A DNA stretch of 43,292 bases. It comes from a candidate division WOR-3 bacterium (GTDB taxonomy: Bacteria; Hydrothermota; Tepidihabitantia; Tepidihabitantales; Tepidihabitantaceae). A program made the translations under genes and the position numbers. This document shows positions 38,956-43,292 of the stretch, piece after piece; the stretch's first letter is position 1; every line of letters starts with the position of its first letter. The stretch lies in NCBI GenBank assembly GCA_965648905.1, contig CBFGIT010000022.1:1-43292 (forward strand), in the 5' to 3' direction. The notes beneath the pieces are model-generated. The model did not search any database. It was given only the letters and a program-made list of their open reading frames with translations, and was not told where the DNA came from.

Positions 38956-40821
38956 TTGAAAGACAATGCCTGGCGCGACAAGTACGGCAGTAAGCTCGCG
39001 TCTCCCGACAAGGCGCTTGAAGTCCTGAAGCCGGGACAGCGCGTCTTCATCGGCTCGGCCTGCGGCACGCCGCAGCTTCTGGTTCAGGCCTTGGCCGACC
39101 GGCCGATTGAGGACGTGGAAATCGTCCACCTGCTGACTCTGGGCGTCGCGCCGTATGCCCAGGAGACGATGGCCGCACGCTACCGGGCCAACGCGTTTTT
39201 CATCTCGGCCAATGTTCGGCCCGCAGTCTGGGAAGGCCGGGCCGACTATACACCGGTGTTCCTTTCGGAAATCCCGGCTCTGTTCCGCAGCGGTCGGGTC
39301 CCGCTCGACGTTGCCCTCATCCACGTCACACCGCCGGACGAACACGGTTTCTGCTCGTTCGGGGTATCGGTCGACATCACCAAACCCGCGGCTGAGGCGG
39401 CCCGCCATGTCATTGCCGAGGTCAACCCGCAGATGCCGCGCACTCTTGGCAACTGCTTCATCCACGTTAGCAAACTCGCTGCCCTGGTCGAGAACGACGC
39501 GCCGCTCTACGAGTTCATCACCCCGGGCGAGAGCGACGTTGCCCGCCGCATTGCCAAGAACGTCGCTGACCTGGTTGAAGACGGCGCGACCGTCCAGGTC
39601 GGCTACGGCGGCATCCCCAATGCCGTGCTCCACTACCTGAAAGACAAGAAGGACCTGGGTGTCCATACTGAGGTGTTCTCCGACTCGACCATCGACCTTA
39701 TTGAACAGGGGGTCATCAACTGCCGGAAGAAGACCCTGCACCCGGGCAAGGTCATCGCCTCGTTCGCGATGGGCTCAGAGCGGTTGTTCCGCTACATCGA
39801 CAACAACCCGATGTTCGAGTTCCACCCGGTTGACTACACCAATGACCCGTTCGTCATCAGCCAGAACGACAAGATGGTCTCAATCAACTCCGCGCTCGAG
39901 GTTGACCTCACCGGCCAGGTCTGCGCCGACTCGATCGGCTACCAGTTCTACTCCGGCATCGGCGGTCAGGTCGACTTTGTCCGGGGCGCGGCCCGGGCGC
40001 GCGGCGGCAAGGCGATAATCGTGCTCCGCTCGACCCGGGACGAAGACCGGTTCTCGCGCATCGTGCCGACCCTGACCGAAGGCGCCGGCATCACGACCTC
40101 ACGCGGCGACGTCCATTACGTCGTCACCGAATGGGGTGTTGCCTACCTGCACGGCAAGACCGTCCGGGAGCGGGCCCTGGCGCTCATCTCAATTGCCCAT
40201 CCCAAGTTCCGCGCCGAGCTGTTCGACCTGGCCAAAGAGAAACACTATATCTATGCGGACCAGCCTTCGGGCCCGCTGCTTGAGGCCCGCTATCCCGAGG
40301 AGTTCGAGACGCGGGCCCGGCTCAAGGACGGAACCGAGGTTTTCCTCCGGCCCATCCGCCCGACCGACGAGCCCCAGATGCGCGACCTGTTCTACTCCTT
40401 TTCCAAGGACACGGTCTTCTACCGGTTTTTCTCCTATCTCAAGGCGATGCCCCACGAGAAGCTCACCAAGTTCGTCAACGTCGACTACGAGTCCGAAATG
40501 GCGATCGTCGCCTGCCTGAAACAAGCCGGCGAAGAGAAGATCATCGGCTCGGCCCGCTACTACGTTGACCGTGCCACCGGCCTGGCCGAGTACGCCATCG
40601 AAGTCCAGGACGGCTGGCAGAACCGGGGTGCAGGCGGCGTGCTGTTCGAACACCTGATGCGCATCGCCCGCATCAAAGGCGTCAAGGGTCTGGTCGGCTA
40701 CGTGCTCGACTCCAACACCCGCGCCTACCGGCTGATGACCCGCACCGGCCTGCCGATTGAGACCAAGTGGGAAGACGGAGTCTACACCATGACGATGAGG
40801 TTCGAAGATGCCGGGCGCTAG
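38956..40821 (+). CDS. acetyl-CoA hydrolase / 4-hydroxybutyrate CoA-transferase family protein fused to a C-terminal GNAT domain
   Basis: GGIPNAV, GVHTE (catalytic Glu), GIGGQVDF, VVTEWG; then LKDG..V.LRPI.P.D, YRFF, VDY, AEYAI.V.D.WQ..G.G. Confidence 0.9.
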   Translation: MKDNAWRDKYGSKLASPDKALEVLKPGQRVFIGSACGTPQLLVQALADRPIEDVEIVHLLTLGVAPYAQETMAARYRANAFFISANVRPAVWEGRADYTPVFLSEIPALFRSGRVPLDVALIHVTPPDEHGFCSFGVSVDITKPAAEAARHVIAEVNPQMPRTLGNCFIHVSKLAALVENDAPLYEFITPGESDVARRIAKNVADLVEDGATVQVGYGGIPNAVLHYLKDKKDLGVHTEVFSDSTIDLIEQGVINCRKKTLHPGKVIASFAMGSERLFRYIDNNPMFEFHPVDYTNDPFVISQNDKMVSINSALEVDLTGQVCADSIGYQFYSGIGGQVDFVRGAARARGGKAIIVLRSTRDEDRFSRIVPTLTEGAGITTSRGDVHYVVTEWGVAYLHGKTVRERALALISIAHPKFRAELFDLAKEKHYIYADQPSGPLLEARYPEEFETRARLKDGTEVFLRPIRPTDEPQMRDLFYSFSKDTVFYRFFSYLKAMPHEKLTKFVNVDYESEMAIVACLKQAGEEKIIGSARYYVDRATGLAEYAIEVQDGWQNRGAGGVLFEHLMRIARIKGVKGLVGYVLDSNTRAYRLMTRTGLPIETKWEDGVYTMTMRFEDAGR

Positions 40822-42964
40822 CCTCGACGCCCTGTTCAAGCCGCGCTCGGTTGCGGTCGTCGGCGCATCCAACCGCGAAGGCTCGGTCGGCCGCGCGCTC
40901 TTCGCCAATATCCTGTTCGGCGGCTATACCGGCGTGGTCTTCCCGGTCAACATGAAACAGCGCAGCGTGCTTGGGGTCAAGGCCTATGAGACGGTACGCG
41001 ACATCCCGGACGAGGTTGACCTGGCCATCCTTATCGTGCCCGCGGTCTCGGTTCCGGCGACTCTGGCTGAGTGCGGCCAGAAGGGCATTCGGGGCGCAAT
41101 CGTCATCTCGGCCGGATTCAAGGAACTCGGGCCTTCCGGTGCTCAGCTTGAACAGGCGGTCCGGGACCGGGCCCGTTCACTGGGTATTCGGCTCATCGGC
41201 CCGAACTGCTTCGGCATCATCTCCGGCTCGCCTTCAATCCGGCTCAACGCCACTTTCGGCCGCTCAATGCCCGCATTCGGCAACATCGCGCTCATCTCCC
41301 AATCCGGTGCCATCGGCGTCAACGCCCTTGAGTATGCGATCGCCGAGGAAGTCGGGCTGTCCAAGTTCGCCTCCATCGGCAACAAAGCCGACGTCAACGA
41401 ATGTGATCTGCTCGCCTACATGGCTGACGACCCTGAGACCGACGTCATCATGCTCTACCTCGAGGACCTGGTCAACCCGGCCGAGTTCATGCACATCGCC
41501 CGCAAGACCACGTCGCACCCGGAGCGGCCCAAGCCGATTCTCGCCATCAAAGCTGGCCGCACCTCAGAAGGTGCCCGGGCTGCCTCCTCCCACACCGGCG
41601 CGCTCGCCGGCTCAGACGCAGCCTACGACGCATTCTTTGCCCAGGCCCGGATCCTCCGGGTCGAGACGATCAACGAGCTCTTTGCCAAGGCCGCGGCCCT
41701 TGCGTACCAGCCGGCCCCGCGCGGCCGCCGGGTCGCGATTCTCACCAATGCCGGTGGCGTCGGAATCATGGCAACCGATTCCTGTATTCGCAACGGGCTG
41801 AAGCTCGCCCAGCTCACGGACAGGACCCGGGCCGAACTGAAGAAACACCTGCCGGTCACGGCCGCGACCTCCAACCCGGTCGATATCATCGGGGACGCAG
41901 ACGAGAAGCGCTACCGTATCGCGCTCGAACTCCTGGTCCAGGACGAAAACGTTGACGGCCTGATTCCCATCTGGACCCCGACCCTGATGGCCGAATCCGC
42001 AACCGTTGCCGGGGTCATCGCCGACGTGGGCCAGCACTCGGACAAGCCGATTCTCGCTTGTGTCCAGACCATGATGAACTCAGAAGACGTCCGCCGCCAG
42101 CTCCTGCGCGACAAGATACCGCACTACCAGTTCCCGGAAAACGCGGCCCGGGCAATGGCGGCAATGGCAGAGTTCAGCGAATGGTCCCACCGACCTCAGG
42201 GCGAGGTTCGCCGCTTCGACGACGTCCAGCCGGAAAAAGTCAGGGCCATCATCGATCGCGCCCGCTCAGGCAAGTCGCCGACCGGCAAGGCCCGGCCTGC
42301 GGGCTACATCTCTGAACCTGAAGGCCACGAAATCCTCGCTGCTTACGGCCTGCCGGTTCCGCCCTGCCGGCTGGTGCGCGACCCGGGCGAGGCCCGGGCC
42401 GCGGCCGCAGAACTCGGGTTCCCGCTCGTGCTCAAAATCGTCTCGCCCCAGGTACTGCACAAGACGGAATTCGGCGGAGTCCGGGTCAACATTGCGGACT
42501 CGGCCCAGCTTGAGTCAGACTATGCCGGCCTGATTGAAACCGTCAAGACCAGGGCTCCGGACGCCGACATCTGGGGCGTACTTGTCCAGAAGATGGCACC
42601 CAAAGGCACCGAGACCATCCTCGGCATGAAACGCGACCCATCATTCGGCCCGCTTCTGATGTTCGGGCTGGGCGGGATTCTGGTCGAAGTCCTCAAAGAC
42701 GTCATCTTCCGGGTTGCGCCCATCAACGAGATTTCGGCTGACTCGATGGTCTCAGGAATCCGCGCGGCCCGGCTCCTTGACGGCTTTCGCGGCGAGCCGC
42801 CGCGCGACAAGACCCGAATCAAGGAATGTATCCAGCGGACGTCTCAGCTCTCGGTTGACTTCCCGGACTTCGACGAAATCGACATCAACCCCCTCCTTGT
42901 CTACGAACAAGGCAAAGGCGCGCTCGTGCTCGACGCCCGCTTCGTTCTCACCCCTCGCACCTAG
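40808..42964 (+). CDS. ADP-forming acyl-CoA synthetase (fused AcdA-AcdB)
   Basis: PRSVAVVGAS, GPNC.G, SQSG, GNKAD, SHTGALAG (phospho-His), NPVD, ATP-grasp (HKTEFGGV, EIDINP); no GNAT tail. Confidence 0.92.
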   Translation: MPGASLDALFKPRSVAVVGASNREGSVGRALFANILFGGYTGVVFPVNMKQRSVLGVKAYETVRDIPDEVDLAILIVPAVSVPATLAECGQKGIRGAIVISAGFKELGPSGAQLEQAVRDRARSLGIRLIGPNCFGIISGSPSIRLNATFGRSMPAFGNIALISQSGAIGVNALEYAIAEEVGLSKFASIGNKADVNECDLLAYMADDPETDVIMLYLEDLVNPAEFMHIARKTTSHPERPKPILAIKAGRTSEGARAASSHTGALAGSDAAYDAFFAQARILRVETINELFAKAAALAYQPAPRGRRVAILTNAGGVGIMATDSCIRNGLKLAQLTDRTRAELKKHLPVTAATSNPVDIIGDADEKRYRIALELLVQDENVDGLIPIWTPTLMAESATVAGVIADVGQHSDKPILACVQTMMNSEDVRRQLLRDKIPHYQFPENAARAMAAMAEFSEWSHRPQGEVRRFDDVQPEKVRAIIDRARSGKSPTGKARPAGYISEPEGHEILAAYGLPVPPCRLVRDPGEARAAAAELGFPLVLKIVSPQVLHKTEFGGVRVNIADSAQLESDYAGLIETVKTRAPDADIWGVLVQKMAPKGTETILGMKRDPSFGPLLMFGLGGILVEVLKDVIFRVAPINEISADSMVSGIRAARLLDGFRGEPPRDKTRIKECIQRTSQLSVDFPDFDEIDINPLLVYEQGKGALVLDARFVLTPRT

Positions 42965-43059
42965 TCCGGCAGCAACCGCCCTGTTCAGAGTCAGCACCAT
43001 CCGCGTAGCGGTCGCGCCTGACCCGCAACCTGTCATGGAATCTCGTATGCTCCAAGGAC

Positions 43060-43292
43060 AGCGACCAAGAGGTCACTTAGTCAAGCAACATAATGGCGAC
43101 CTGGCTGGTCTTGAGACTCAAATCTCTGACTATCATGGAGTTATCCGAAGAGAGGCGGGTATCTAGAACCCCCAGAGGGAGCGGTTCCCCAAGTCACTCA
43201 GGAAAGCGCTATCGCCTGCGCATCCTTCGGCACTATCTTTGTGACTCTCCCTGCGGCTTTGGCCGCGGCTCAGGCCGGCGTGGCCCGAGGCC
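43060..43292. repeat. degenerate 12-bp periodic region running off the window
   Basis: ggttccccaagt cactcaggaaag cgctatcgcctg ... gactctccctgc ggctttggccgc ggctcaggccgg. Confidence 0.45.

Overview
GC-rich bacterial chromosome segment from an anaerobic diderm, most consistent with the FCB superphylum (candidate division WOR-3-like; inferred from T9SS-type C-terminal domains, a gingipain-like C25 protease, Rnf and clpC-bamA linkage). Core content: glyA-eno-ftsB, mazG, rnfCDGEAB, a two-gene saccharopine pathway (LKR + SDH), YyaL-clpC-bamA, a queuosine-precursor transporter, a MazF/PemK-type TA module between two PLDc_N paralogs, and an operon of MBL hydrolase, CoA-transferase-GNAT fusion and ADP-forming acyl-CoA synthetase. 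Signals outside the ORF track: (i) a ~200-nt rod-shaped hairpin with a central bubble (6S RNA-like) at 11334-11537; (ii) a recurring TTGACN-16/17-TANNNT promoter, often only 5-8 nt before the start codon (leaderless mRNAs); (iii) a G-skewed 6/12-bp-periodic element with a possible relative at the right edge; (iv) heptamer tandem repeats, one set inside the rnfD N-terminus; (v) several small ORFs with their own promoters. No tRNA, rRNA, CRISPR array or transposase was found. No single clearly new multi-gene system could be proven from sequence alone.
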